From IMG/VR virus record IMGVR_UViG_3300034073_002120: a stretch of 64,000 bases of DNA; one strand, given 5' to 3'. Positions 18,825-27,824 of the stretch are shown here, piece after piece. Below the pieces are notes generated by a model. It had not been told where the DNA came from, did not search any database, and was given only the letters and a program-made list of their open reading frames with translations. The first letter of the stretch is position 1. Each line of letters starts with the position of its first letter. The position numbers were made by a program, and so were the translations under genes. The stretch is from a virus. Its lineage: Duplodnaviria; Caudoviricetes.

Positions 18825-19784
18825 TTATTTTTGAAATGCTTTGATGATTCCTTGTGCAAATTTGTTTCCCGGTTTACCAACAATTGCAGTTGATATATCC
18901 ATTCTATTACTTAATGTCTTTGGACCTTTGATTTTAAGGTATGCTAATAATTTTCTATCATCTATGTTATTATCATCGATAAATTTCTTAACAGCTTGAG
19001 TTCTCAACCCAGTTAAGTTAGCAATTTCTTCTACTTCTGATTCATTCACCATTTTAGTTAATGAAATTCTACCTTCTTTGTTTAAAGCCTTCATATAAGG
19101 TTTATTATCAAATATAGATTGAATTGTGTCTGCCTCTTTATGGAATCCATTCATTCTTAATGTAAATGCAATACCATCTGCAGCTTGAACACCATCCCAA
19201 CCTGATGATTGTGATACGTTTCTTCCAAATTCATGTGCGTTATCATCACCATTCCAATATTCCGAACTATCTACACCATTGGTTCTTATATCTGCCATCT
19301 TTTCTTTATACTTAGGGTCATCCATTTTAGGATAATCCACTCTCTTAGCCCATTCAGGCTTTCCTTCAATCTTTGAAATCAATTCTCTCGCCTCATCATG
19401 AAAGTTTGCATCAGTTAAAGCCTCAACTGCTGCTTTTATCATTGTTTTCTTATATCCATCATTACCCAACTTTTGTGGAGTAATTCCAAATTCTTCTGCT
19501 TTCTTTTTAGCCTCTTTATTTACTTGAGGATTACCTGGTCTTTTCTTTGGTTGTGTTGCAGTTGGTTCTGATTTTGGTTCACCGGATGGTTTATTAAAGA
19601 TATTCACCTTTGGGGTTTCACTACCTTTAGAATTGGAATCTCCTTTATCTTTTATAGGATTATGAGTTCCTGCTTTGATTGCATTATCTCTACTATCTTT
19701 TGATTTGAATACAGATGTTTTACCACTTGCTTTGTTTGTAGCAGTAAATGTTTCTGCTTCTAAAAGTAAATTTTTTAATTTCAT
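18825..19784 (-). CDS. Modular putative internal-head protein
   Basis: N-terminal MKLKNLLLE. The first module is paralogous to a module in 21030..21689. Confidence 0.6.
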   Translation of the reverse strand: MKLKNLLLEAETFTATNKASGKTSVFKSKDSRDNAIKAGTHNPIKDKGDSNSKGSETPKVNIFNKPSGEPKSEPTATQPKKRPGNPQVNKEAKKKAEEFGITPQKLGNDGYKKTMIKAAVEALTDANFHDEARELISKIEGKPEWAKRVDYPKMDDPKYKEKMADIRTNGVDSSEYWNGDDNAHEFGRNVSQSSGWDGVQAADGIAFTLRMNGFHKEADTIQSIFDNKPYMKALNKEGRISLTKMVNESEVEEIANLTGLRTQAVKKFIDDNNIDDRKLLAYLKIKGPKTLSNRMDISTAIVGKPGNKFAQGIIKAFQK

Positions 19785-19802
19785 TTCGTTATTTCCTTAT
19801 TA

Positions 19803-20243
19803 TTAAAATCCAATTGATACTGTTTTACTATCAAACTCTATCCAACGTATTTTCATTGCAATTAAGTCTTTCAAATCAGATGTGTCCATTCTCCAATTAG
19901 GTTCTGACATTTGAATATCAACAATATTACCATGTATACCATCCCAAATTGTGATAATCTTACCACCAAAAAACTTTACAAAAGCATTTACTTGCTTTTG
20001 TTTAGTAGAATCTAATTCGTTAAATTTAATTTCAGAAGCTTCTTTAATTAAAGATTTACCTTCTGTCATTATAGTTTTATGAGTATAAAGGTCTAATTTA
20101 CCATCTTCCTTTATCTTCACATCGTAGTTAGTCTTACGAATATCGTTATGACCACCCTTATATGGTGTATCACCCACTTCTTTCTTAATACTACCTAACT
20201 CTATCTTATTATTCTTTAAATAATCTTGTATGTTAAATGCCAT
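19803..20243 (-). CDS. Hypothetical head-module protein
   Basis: ORF track. SD AAGGA and internal MTE/IKE sites. Confidence 0.6.
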   Translation of the reverse strand: MAFNIQDYLKNNKIELGSIKKEVGDTPYKGGHNDIRKTNYDVKIKEDGKLDLYTHKTIMTEGKSLIKEASEIKFNELDSTKQKQVNAFVKFFGGKIITIWDGIHGNIVDIQMSEPNWRMDTSDLKDLIAMKIRWIEFDSKTVSIGF

Positions 20244-20254
20244 AATTATTTCCT

Positions 20255-20848
20255 TTATGATAATTCAGTAATGATTTCTCTCATAAGGTCTTGTGCCTTA
20301 CAAAAATCACCACAAACTATTGCTTGTTCTTGTAATTGTTTATTTACGGATTCGTTCATCGGTGTCATAAATGCACCATGAGTAGATGGGTTTGATACGA
20401 AATCCCAACCAATTAGTTCGAAATCTTCACCTACTTTCACCTTACCCTCTCCCATAGGAGTTACTGAGCCCATACCACGAGAAGAAATACCTAATAGGAT
20501 TCCTGCTCTTAACAATTCTTTTAATATATTACCAGATGGAGTTGGTAAAATTTCTACTGTCCCGCATAAATCATTACCTTCCCACCAAATTTCTCTTATA
20601 TTGTGTGAAACGTTCTTTAAGTTGATTACTGATGAATCTGGGTGGTCTAATTCTCCTAATGCTCTTCTCTCTTTAATAAGAGTTTCATATTTTTTAGCTT
20701 CTCTTTGTAAGATTTCTAAAGGATATACTCTACCATTTTGATTTTCAGCAACAGCTCTTTGCAAAACACCTTTAACCAGTGTTCTACCTGATGCATCTTC
20801 GTTGATTCTACCTTCAAATAGGTTTGTTTCAATTAATAAATTTTTCAT
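20255..20848 (-). CDS. Prohead protease (T4 gp21/S77-like); start moved from TTG 20860 to ATG 20848
   Basis: ALGELDHP, VSHNI, GISSRGMGS and WDFVSNPSTHGA. ATG 20848 overlaps the upstream stop (TAATG). Confidence 0.93.
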   Translation of the reverse strand: MKNLLIETNLFEGRINEDASGRTLVKGVLQRAVAENQNGRVYPLEILQREAKKYETLIKERRALGELDHPDSSVINLKNVSHNIREIWWEGNDLCGTVEILPTPSGNILKELLRAGILLGISSRGMGSVTPMGEGKVKVGEDFELIGWDFVSNPSTHGAFMTPMNESVNKQLQEQAIVCGDFCKAQDLMREIITELS

Positions 20849-21024
20849 TATGCTCCCCAAACGTTTCTTTTCTTAAATAAATCGAAAAATATTGCAGAAA
20901 CTTCTTTGCGAATAATATCTCTAATAAGTTTTTCATCCTCACTAGTGATTTCTTCGTTTACAAATCCCCATTTTACTTTAAGGATTTCTTCGTCAATTAT
21001 TTCTAACAATCTTTTCTTAGTCAT
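20848..21024 (-). CDS. 58-aa protein translationally coupled to the prohead protease (missed by the ORF track)
   Basis: Hand translation gives MTKKRLLEIIDEEILKVKWGFVNEEITSEDEKLIRDIIRKEVSAIFFDLFKKRNVWGA. It fills the gap exactly, with a TAATG overlap. Confidence 0.75.
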   Translation of the reverse strand: MTKKRLLEIIDEEILKVKWGFVNEEITSEDEKLIRDIIRKEVSAIFFDLFKKRNVWGA

Positions 21025-21029
21025 TGTTG

Positions 21030-21689
21030 TTATTTTAATTTTAAACTGCGTTGTGCATTAGTTAAACCATCAATAATTGATTGTAATCCTTTTTTAACAC
21101 CATCAGTATCTCTATCTTTAACTCTTTTATCTAAAATTTTTGTATTTGCTTTTAGAAAGTTAATGATTGCGTTTTCGGTTGCACCCCAATTAATATCTTC
21201 TGCCTCATTTACTGATTCTTTTGTGAATATATTAACACCAGTTCCTTTTGATGTGGATGATTTCTTTTTAGGGGTATTCTCTGATGGAGTAAAAGTTCCT
21301 CGTTTAATAGCGGCATCTCTATGTGCTTTGTCTTTAAACATAACAACTTTACCGGTTTCCTTGCTTCTAGCACTATAAGTCATTAATTCATTTATAGATT
21401 CATCTGCTTTTTTACCAGCTCTTAAATCTGCTAAATCATCACCCTCAATATCACCATCACTATCTACATCCAATTCCTTTTGTCCACCTACCAATTCTTC
21501 GTTCTTTTCACCTTTACCATTCCAAGCAGAATCTATTTTATCAAAGAAAGCTTTCTTTTCTTCTTCGGACATATCTGGTATTGATTTACCTGCTTTATCT
21601 AATGCTTTTTGAAAGAATTGTTGGTATTCTGTTTCTTCTACCATCACTTCTTTTACAATTTCTTTTAATCTTGCTCTTGATATTTTCAT
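21030..21689 (-). CDS. Modular putative internal-head protein (ESINE/ESVNE junctions, EF-hand-like DVDSDGDIEGDD)
   Basis: MKISRARLKEIVKE N-terminus, ELDVDSDGDIEGDDL motif and two junctions. Confidence 0.6.
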   Translation of the reverse strand: MKISRARLKEIVKEVMVEETEYQQFFQKALDKAGKSIPDMSEEEKKAFFDKIDSAWNGKGEKNEELVGGQKELDVDSDGDIEGDDLADLRAGKKADESINELMTYSARSKETGKVVMFKDKAHRDAAIKRGTFTPSENTPKKKSSTSKGTGVNIFTKESVNEAEDINWGATENAIINFLKANTKILDKRVKDRDTDGVKKGLQSIIDGLTNAQRSLKLK

Positions 21690-22390
21690 TATTTTTCTAT
21701 CTCCTGTATTGTTTTTGCAATATTGATTAATCTCTCTTTTATTTTATAAATATGACCGTGAGTTCTTTTCCAAAAACTATCAGATGATAATTCGTTCATC
21801 GTTTTAATTTGATTATACCAACGAAAAAACTTTTCAACTTCACTTAATTGATATTTTAATTCTCTCAACCCAACTGCTAACTTTTTATTAGCATGCATTG
21901 TTTCATCATTTTTTAATTCTAACCAACGATTTACAGGTCTTTTTGATTTACCTTCGTTTACCGATTCTTTGATTTTTCTTTTTTGTTGAATTATTTGTTG
22001 GATTTGTGAAAATATAGATTGTATATCTTTATCTAATTGTTTCTCATCGGCACTCATCGGTGATTCAATATCTACATTAGAATAAAGTTTTTTCTTTTTA
22101 GCAATTAATACATCTACTTTTTTAATTAAATCGTTTCGTACTTTATCTAAATCTTTTACAATTTCAGATGCTGTTGCTTCATTTACCTCATCAATATCTT
22201 TAACCTTCGTATATCCAGTCACTTCTATATTTGAATCTGCCTTTTCTTTATCTTGTTTTCTCTTGTCTGAAAATGCAAAAGGAGTCTGATACCCATCGAC
22301 ATTACCTGTCGCATTAGATTCATCTAACTCCTCTTCGATTTCTTTAATAAGTTCGTCTATGTACGATTTAAGATTTTCTTTCTTTAACAT
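21689..22390 (-). CDS. Putative head-module protein with a cassette between DEVNE and ESVNE
   Basis: ELDESNATGNVDGYQTPFAF motif, and a C-terminal helical domain ending YKIKERLINIAKTIQEI. Confidence 0.6.
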   Translation of the reverse strand: MLKKENLKSYIDELIKEIEEELDESNATGNVDGYQTPFAFSDKRKQDKEKADSNIEVTGYTKVKDIDEVNEATASEIVKDLDKVRNDLIKKVDVLIAKKKKLYSNVDIESPMSADEKQLDKDIQSIFSQIQQIIQQKRKIKESVNEGKSKRPVNRWLELKNDETMHANKKLAVGLRELKYQLSEVEKFFRWYNQIKTMNELSSDSFWKRTHGHIYKIKERLINIAKTIQEIEK

Positions 22391-23240
22391 TTTTTATTTC
22401 CTTTATCAATTCATATGACATCATCAAAGCAGAAACTTGTTCATCAGTAACTTTCTTACCAACCTTTTGCTGTTTCATTACGTTGATAGTTTCTTTTAAT
22501 TTAATCTTTGTGATTTTATCATTAACTTCTGAATAAAGTTTATGTAATTCCGTTACAACAACCTTCAATTTAGAATCATAATATTCACCAAATTTAGAAG
22601 TATTGTTTACGTTGTTAATATACTCTCTTAAAATATCCTTTTGGTCATCATTTAAGTTTGTATATTTCTTGTTAAATGTTTCAACAAGAATCTTATATGT
22701 TAATAATCTTAAATCTTTCTCTTGTTTTCTATAATCTTCTAACAACTTATCTTCTTTTTGTTTCAAAGATGGTGTTGTACTTGATATATGTTCGATTAAC
22801 GTTAATTTAGCATCAAATACGTCTTTAACATTAGTTACATCTTGTACTTTTGCTTCAAATATCTTATGAACAGATGCTAATACTTTGTAGTTAGATACAG
22901 GTGATGATAAGAATGAATCTAATTCAAAATTCTCTTTTATTGCTTTAACAAGATTATACTTTTCTCTTGCTAATTTTGTTTCATCCAATTTTGTACGAGT
23001 TTCTATAATAGCATCAATATACTTTTCTGCTTTAGATTCAGAATTATATTTTTCGTTTACCAATAAATTGAATAAACGTAATTCTTTAGCCATTTCAGTT
23101 TTTCCACCAAAAAATTCTTGCACGATTTTTTTAGCTTTTTCTTCAGGTGCGTTGTTTAATATTTCCAACGTTATTTGACGTGTTAATAACTCAAATAGGA
23201 ATCCTGTATTTTTGAATTTCGAATGTTTTATTTTTCTCAT
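22368..23240 (-). CDS. Conserved helical protein downstream of the portal
   Basis: MRKIKHSKFKNTGFLFELL N-terminus and SD AAGGA. Confidence 0.7.
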   Translation of the reverse strand: MRKIKHSKFKNTGFLFELLTRQITLEILNNAPEEKAKKIVQEFFGGKTEMAKELRLFNLLVNEKYNSESKAEKYIDAIIETRTKLDETKLAREKYNLVKAIKENFELDSFLSSPVSNYKVLASVHKIFEAKVQDVTNVKDVFDAKLTLIEHISSTTPSLKQKEDKLLEDYRKQEKDLRLLTYKILVETFNKKYTNLNDDQKDILREYINNVNNTSKFGEYYDSKLKVVVTELHKLYSEVNDKITKIKLKETINVMKQQKVGKKVTDEQVSALMMSYELIKEIKNVKERKS

Positions 23241-23300
23241 TTGTTAATCCTTATTTTGATAGACTCAAAATTTCTGTATATAAATATTAAAAATTATAAG

Positions 23301-25037
23301 TTAAATGAATTTTTCCGTATCATCGATAATATTAGTCTCATCTAACATATCTTTTGTTTCGTGTAGATATTTACGTTTTGATGAAATCCCATTGATAAAA
23401 CTTTTAGCTTTATGTTCTGATGTTCGACTACGTTTTCCTGTTCTTTCATTATCACCTAATGGGTCTCTTCCATAAGGATGTTTATCTTTACCATATGTAT
23501 TACCTTCTCGTGGTCTTCCCACTTTAGCACTAAGTTCAGTTTTTAAATTTTCTAAACTTTCTTCAACATCGGTTTGTTGTGGTGGGTTTGCAGGGTCATT
23601 ACCATCATTTTCAATTGAATTATAACGGAATGTATCTTTTAAATCTTCTACAATCTTACCACGTTGTTCTGTTTGTTCCGTTTCAGACATTTTGAAAATA
23701 TTATCGTAAATCCAATCTTTTGACAACATTTTTAAAGATTGCATATCAGTAGCCAAACGAATCTTTTCAGACCATAAGTTTACTTTTTCTTGCTCATAAA
23801 TTGTTGAAGGATTTACTAATTGAATTTCAAAATTAGCCATTTCTGAATCCTGTATTCCATTACCATATAAATGTATTACACCGATTCTTGATAATTCTGA
23901 TATAATTGTTCTTTGTATTCTTTCGATTGTTCTAGCGAAACGAACGTCTTCTGCTGCAAGGGTTGCTTTACCATTTACATTTTCTTCATATCCCAAATAT
24001 GCTTTTGGAATTTTTAATGCAGCAAATAATTTACCCTTTAAGTATTCAATATCTTCGGTTGCCGTGTACTCTAAACCACTTAGGTTTTCGATGTTAGTTC
24101 CACTATCACCACCTCTTACCGGTAGATAAAAATCTTCCGTTAAGTTTTGCATATTATATTTTAAGTTATAATCACCAGTATCCTTATTTACAAAAGGAAC
24201 TTTTTTCATCTTACTGATGATTTTTTGCATGTAGTTGTCAACTTCGGTAGGATTGATATTACCTATATCGATTTTAAACACTCTTTTTTCTGGTGCTCTC
24301 ATAATACGATGGATTAACATCGCATCTTCCATTAAACTCAATTGTTTCCATAATCTTCTACCATTCTCAACCATAGATTTACCATAAGGTAACCAGTTAG
24401 TATCTGATAATAGACGGAAGTGAGCCATTTCAAAATTATCATAATCTACTTTACCAATAGCATCATCCATTACTCTGAATTTAACCATATGTGGATTGGT
24501 TGGGTCATGTCCCTCAATTCGTTCGGTATTATATTGTGAATATGGAGTAACATTTACAATACCCTTACCCTCTGCTATTTCTAATCCCAAAAAGAAATCA
24601 CCATACTTACACATATTGCGAACCCATGGCCAAAGAGTAAATTCGATATTTAAAATATCATAGTATAAGTTTTCTAATAATTCTTGAACACGTGGATTAT
24701 CAGAACGAATAATCAACATTTCACCGAATTCATTTTTTAATGTAGATTCATCAGCGTAAATATCTAATGCAGATGCAATAATTGGGTCTTGGTCCATTGC
24801 ATCATAATCTCTAAATACTTCTCTACGAACTTGTTGATACGCCATTGATTGTGCACCACCAGCTTGTTCGTAAAAAGATTTTTGTAGTTTTGTGTATCTA
24901 TCTCTTAATGATGATAGGTTAGTTTCTTGTCTTTCATCAAAATCAAAAACTTTTCTTTTACCATCGGGCGTAACAGTAACGATAGCCTTTTGGGAAAAGA
25001 GTTTTCTTAACCTACCAAAAAATGAAGTATCTGCCAT
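23301..25037 (-). CDS. Portal (vertex) protein, T4 gp20-like
   Basis: MEDAMLIHRIMRAPEKRVFKIDIGN, EDFYLPVRGGDSGTNIENL.G and LFAALKIPKAYL. Confidence 0.95.
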   Translation of the reverse strand: MADTSFFGRLRKLFSQKAIVTVTPDGKRKVFDFDERQETNLSSLRDRYTKLQKSFYEQAGGAQSMAYQQVRREVFRDYDAMDQDPIIASALDIYADESTLKNEFGEMLIIRSDNPRVQELLENLYYDILNIEFTLWPWVRNMCKYGDFFLGLEIAEGKGIVNVTPYSQYNTERIEGHDPTNPHMVKFRVMDDAIGKVDYDNFEMAHFRLLSDTNWLPYGKSMVENGRRLWKQLSLMEDAMLIHRIMRAPEKRVFKIDIGNINPTEVDNYMQKIISKMKKVPFVNKDTGDYNLKYNMQNLTEDFYLPVRGGDSGTNIENLSGLEYTATEDIEYLKGKLFAALKIPKAYLGYEENVNGKATLAAEDVRFARTIERIQRTIISELSRIGVIHLYGNGIQDSEMANFEIQLVNPSTIYEQEKVNLWSEKIRLATDMQSLKMLSKDWIYDNIFKMSETEQTEQRGKIVEDLKDTFRYNSIENDGNDPANPPQQTDVEESLENLKTELSAKVGRPREGNTYGKDKHPYGRDPLGDNERTGKRSRTSEHKAKSFINGISSKRKYLHETKDMLDETNIIDDTEKFI

Positions 25038-25048
25038 ATTTTATTATT

Positions 25049-25471
25049 TTACCATTTTCTGCAAGACCAATATCTAGCTTTTGTTCTTGGACCTGGTTGG
25101 TCACAATTATGTCTTGCTCTAAAAGATTTTCTTCTTTCAGGATTATTTTTCTTAATGTTCATTCCCGGTTGACCGAAATTTACTTTAACTACTTTTCCTG
25201 TCTTTGGGTTTTTAACATAAACTTTAAACTTCTTAACATCACCTTGCATTGGTTTACCCAATTTCACTTCTCTACCTTGATATTCCGCTTCGTAAACACA
25301 ATTACAATTTGCTTCTTGTAATTCGGTTGTGTAAGATTTTAGAAAATTTAAAAAATCTTCTTCATCTTCATCTTCCACATCTAATTCATCGTAATCCAAA
25401 AAATTGTGTTCTGGTTGGTCAAATGGATAATCTTCCACTTCCTCTTTGATTATGTTTTTTAACTTTATCAT
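25049..25471 (-). CDS. Small basic phage protein with RRKSFRARHNC...ARYWSCRKW domain and acidic N-terminal propeptide
   Basis: The motif is common in large myovirus head modules. N-terminal MIKLKNIIKE. Confidence 0.65.
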   Translation of the reverse strand: MIKLKNIIKEEVEDYPFDQPEHNFLDYDELDVEDEDEEDFLNFLKSYTTELQEANCNCVYEAEYQGREVKLGKPMQGDVKKFKVYVKNPKTGKVVKVNFGQPGMNIKKNNPERRKSFRARHNCDQPGPRTKARYWSCRKW

Positions 25472-25518
25472 GATATATTTCTCCTATACACTATAAATAT
25501 ATACATTTTTTTATTTGA

Positions 25519-27105
25519 TTATTTTATTAACCACGATAAATCTTCTGTTCCACTACCAACTCTCATTTGCCATGGATTTTCATCAAATGAACTATTACCA
25601 CCAAACCCACCAATATCGGTTACACTTTGATTTATACCACCCAAAGCCTGTTTAGTTAAATCTATACCTTCTTGTCTTAATCTTAATGCAGTATCTCTAA
25701 CCCATAAACCAATTGAAAGAGACATTACCAAGTCATCATTATATCCTTTCATTGCTTCAGCACGATTACCATTCCATATAAATGTAAATAACTCATCTAT
25801 CAACCTTGTAGAACGGATTGTAAAGGATTTCTCTCTTAGGTAATCATCTAACTTAGAAATAATTAATGGACGGGTTTTAGAGGTAGTAGAGAACCCAGCA
25901 ACCATACCTCTTTCTTCTGCTCGGAACTTATTTGTCATTTGATGAGCAACATCTACATATTTTAAATCCTTACTCATATAAAATAAGTTTCCATATCCTC
26001 TATCAATTACTTGTTGGATAACCGCCCAACCAATATTTGCGTTCTCCACAACTAATAATGCGTTGTTGTAATCAGTTGATAATGAAACTAAGAAGTTTCC
26101 AAAATCTTTTGTATCTAATTTACCTTTATACTCAGCAACTTGCGTTGAATTCACTACATCAAATACTTGTGCAGTAGAATAATCGGCTCCATCGCCACGA
26201 GCAACGTCGGCAACTACCATATATGATTGATTGTAATCTGGATATTCCCATTTCCAAAGATTTCCATCGAACCCGGTCTTCTCTAAAGGTTCTTGACAAT
26301 ACGTTTCTCTATAAAATTGTAATAATGCAGGGTCAATGACAGTATCACCGGAACTTACAAAGTCACAATCACACTCTTGTGCAGCACCTTTAGGTCCTAA
26401 TAACCTTTCTTGTTCATCTCTCCATGCTTGTCCACGCTCAGGGTGAACTGACCAGTGTAAACGAATTGTATTGAAACCATTTCTACCTTCTTCTGCACCT
26501 ACCCACGTTCTATGAAAGAAATTACCCACACCATTAGGTGTAGAAAGGATAATTGCATTACCACCCGTTGATAAAGTAGATTGTGCAGAAATCCAAATCT
26601 CTTCAATACTATCGATGAACGCAGCCTCGTCAAATACTAAGAGTGATAAGGCTTCAGAACGACCCGCATCTCCTGCTGCAGAAGTTGCTTTTGCCTGTGA
26701 ACCATTTGAATATCGTAATGAAAGTTTATTATCTTCAACTGTTGTTTGTTTTAACCAACTTGGTAAGTATTGGTTCATTACCCTAATCTTTGTGATAAGG
26801 TTTTTAGCAACTTCTTGTTTAGTTGCAATTACCAATACGTTAAAATCTTGATTAAACAACATCTTCCATAATGAGAACCCCGCAACTAAGGTTGATATAC
26901 CTGTCTGACGGGATTTAAGAACGATGTTGTAACGATTATCCTTAAAATCAGTAAGAGTATCCTCTTGGAAAGGATATAAGTGAAATGGAATCTTACCTCG
27001 TACCGGATGTTGAATCATACAATACTTACGCATGAAATAAATCGGGTCACCAGCACATTTCTGATACTCAATCTTTATAATATCTTTTAATGATGCACCT
27101 GCCAT
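25519..27105 (-). CDS. terL: Terminase large subunit, T4 gp17-like
   Basis: Walker A LKSRQTGIS, Walker B LLVFDEAAF, coupling motif STPNG, nuclease VADVARGDGADYS and DDLVMS. No intein. Confidence 0.96.
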   Translation of the reverse strand: MAGASLKDIIKIEYQKCAGDPIYFMRKYCMIQHPVRGKIPFHLYPFQEDTLTDFKDNRYNIVLKSRQTGISTLVAGFSLWKMLFNQDFNVLVIATKQEVAKNLITKIRVMNQYLPSWLKQTTVEDNKLSLRYSNGSQAKATSAAGDAGRSEALSLLVFDEAAFIDSIEEIWISAQSTLSTGGNAIILSTPNGVGNFFHRTWVGAEEGRNGFNTIRLHWSVHPERGQAWRDEQERLLGPKGAAQECDCDFVSSGDTVIDPALLQFYRETYCQEPLEKTGFDGNLWKWEYPDYNQSYMVVADVARGDGADYSTAQVFDVVNSTQVAEYKGKLDTKDFGNFLVSLSTDYNNALLVVENANIGWAVIQQVIDRGYGNLFYMSKDLKYVDVAHQMTNKFRAEERGMVAGFSTTSKTRPLIISKLDDYLREKSFTIRSTRLIDELFTFIWNGNRAEAMKGYNDDLVMSLSIGLWVRDTALRLRQEGIDLTKQALGGINQSVTDIGGFGGNSSFDENPWQMRVGSGTEDLSWLIK

Positions 27106-27106
27106 A

Positions 27107-27766
27107 TTACAAATAATGTTCCAATTTGTTTTCTTTTAAAATTTCAAATGCTTTATTACGAAATTCTTCTACTTTAATAAGTTCTTCTTTACCGAACTCA
27201 ATCATTTCCATCAAATCCGCTTTAACTTCATCTACTGATTGTGGTAATTCCCATTTTTCAGTAGTTCCATCTTCATTCACATATTCGTAAAATGGTTTTA
27301 CATCACTATATGCTTGTTGAAGTTCTTCTAATTTAATTTTACCATCAATCAACATACGAGTATATATTTTATAATCCTCATATTGTTCCCAAAATCCTAA
27401 TGCACGAATTTTAGTTTCGATTTCTGCTAAACAATTAGCACAATAACCTGTTTTTTTGATTAGAGTTTTGTGAGTAGGTGTAAATTTGATTGTTTTACAA
27501 TTTGGACTTTTGCATTGAGATTGCTCATCTCGCCATTTACGAAGTTCTTCAAATGCTTCTGAATTTTTAGAAGTCTTTAAAGTAAATCCTTCTTTCTTTT
27601 CATATCTATGATGTTCGTCTTCCCAAACATCACCAACTTTACGTTCAATCTTATCGGCGTTCCATCCTAATGTGGTATTAGTTTCATAATCAGAACCATG
27701 TAACACCATATCAACCAACTTTCTACGAGTTGGATGCATATATTTCTTTTTAAACTCTTTCGCCAT
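27107..27766 (-). CDS. Uncharacterised protein immediately upstream of terL (CxxC pairs; possible terminase-associated factor)
   Basis: Stop lies 1 nt before the terL ATG. Contains CKSPNC and CANC motifs. Confidence 0.6.
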   Translation of the reverse strand: MAKEFKKKYMHPTRRKLVDMVLHGSDYETNTTLGWNADKIERKVGDVWEDEHHRYEKKEGFTLKTSKNSEAFEELRKWRDEQSQCKSPNCKTIKFTPTHKTLIKKTGYCANCLAEIETKIRALGFWEQYEDYKIYTRMLIDGKIKLEELQQAYSDVKPFYEYVNEDGTTEKWELPQSVDEVKADLMEMIEFGKEELIKVEEFRNKAFEILKENKLEHYL

Positions 27767-27820
27767 TATTATTATATATTAGGTTTTTATTTTAATATAG
27801 ATAAATATGGCGAAAGAGTT
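27753..27820 (-). promoter_or_regulatory. Perfect 14-bp inverted repeat whose downstream arm is the start codon and first codons of 27107..27766
   Basis: aactctttcgccat (27753-27766) pairs with atggcgaaagagtt (27807-27820). The 40-nt loop holds a late-motif variant at 27800-27807. Confidence 0.8.
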
Positions 27821-27824
27821 ATTT

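Noticed and set aside
14222-27105. Inteins or introns in MCP, portal, protease or terminase
   Set aside because: The lengths are typical and the motifs contiguous, with no intein block or LAGLIDADG insert.
27107-27766. Calling the pre-terL gene the small terminase
   Set aside because: The position fits, but I recognise no TerS motif, so it is left unassigned.
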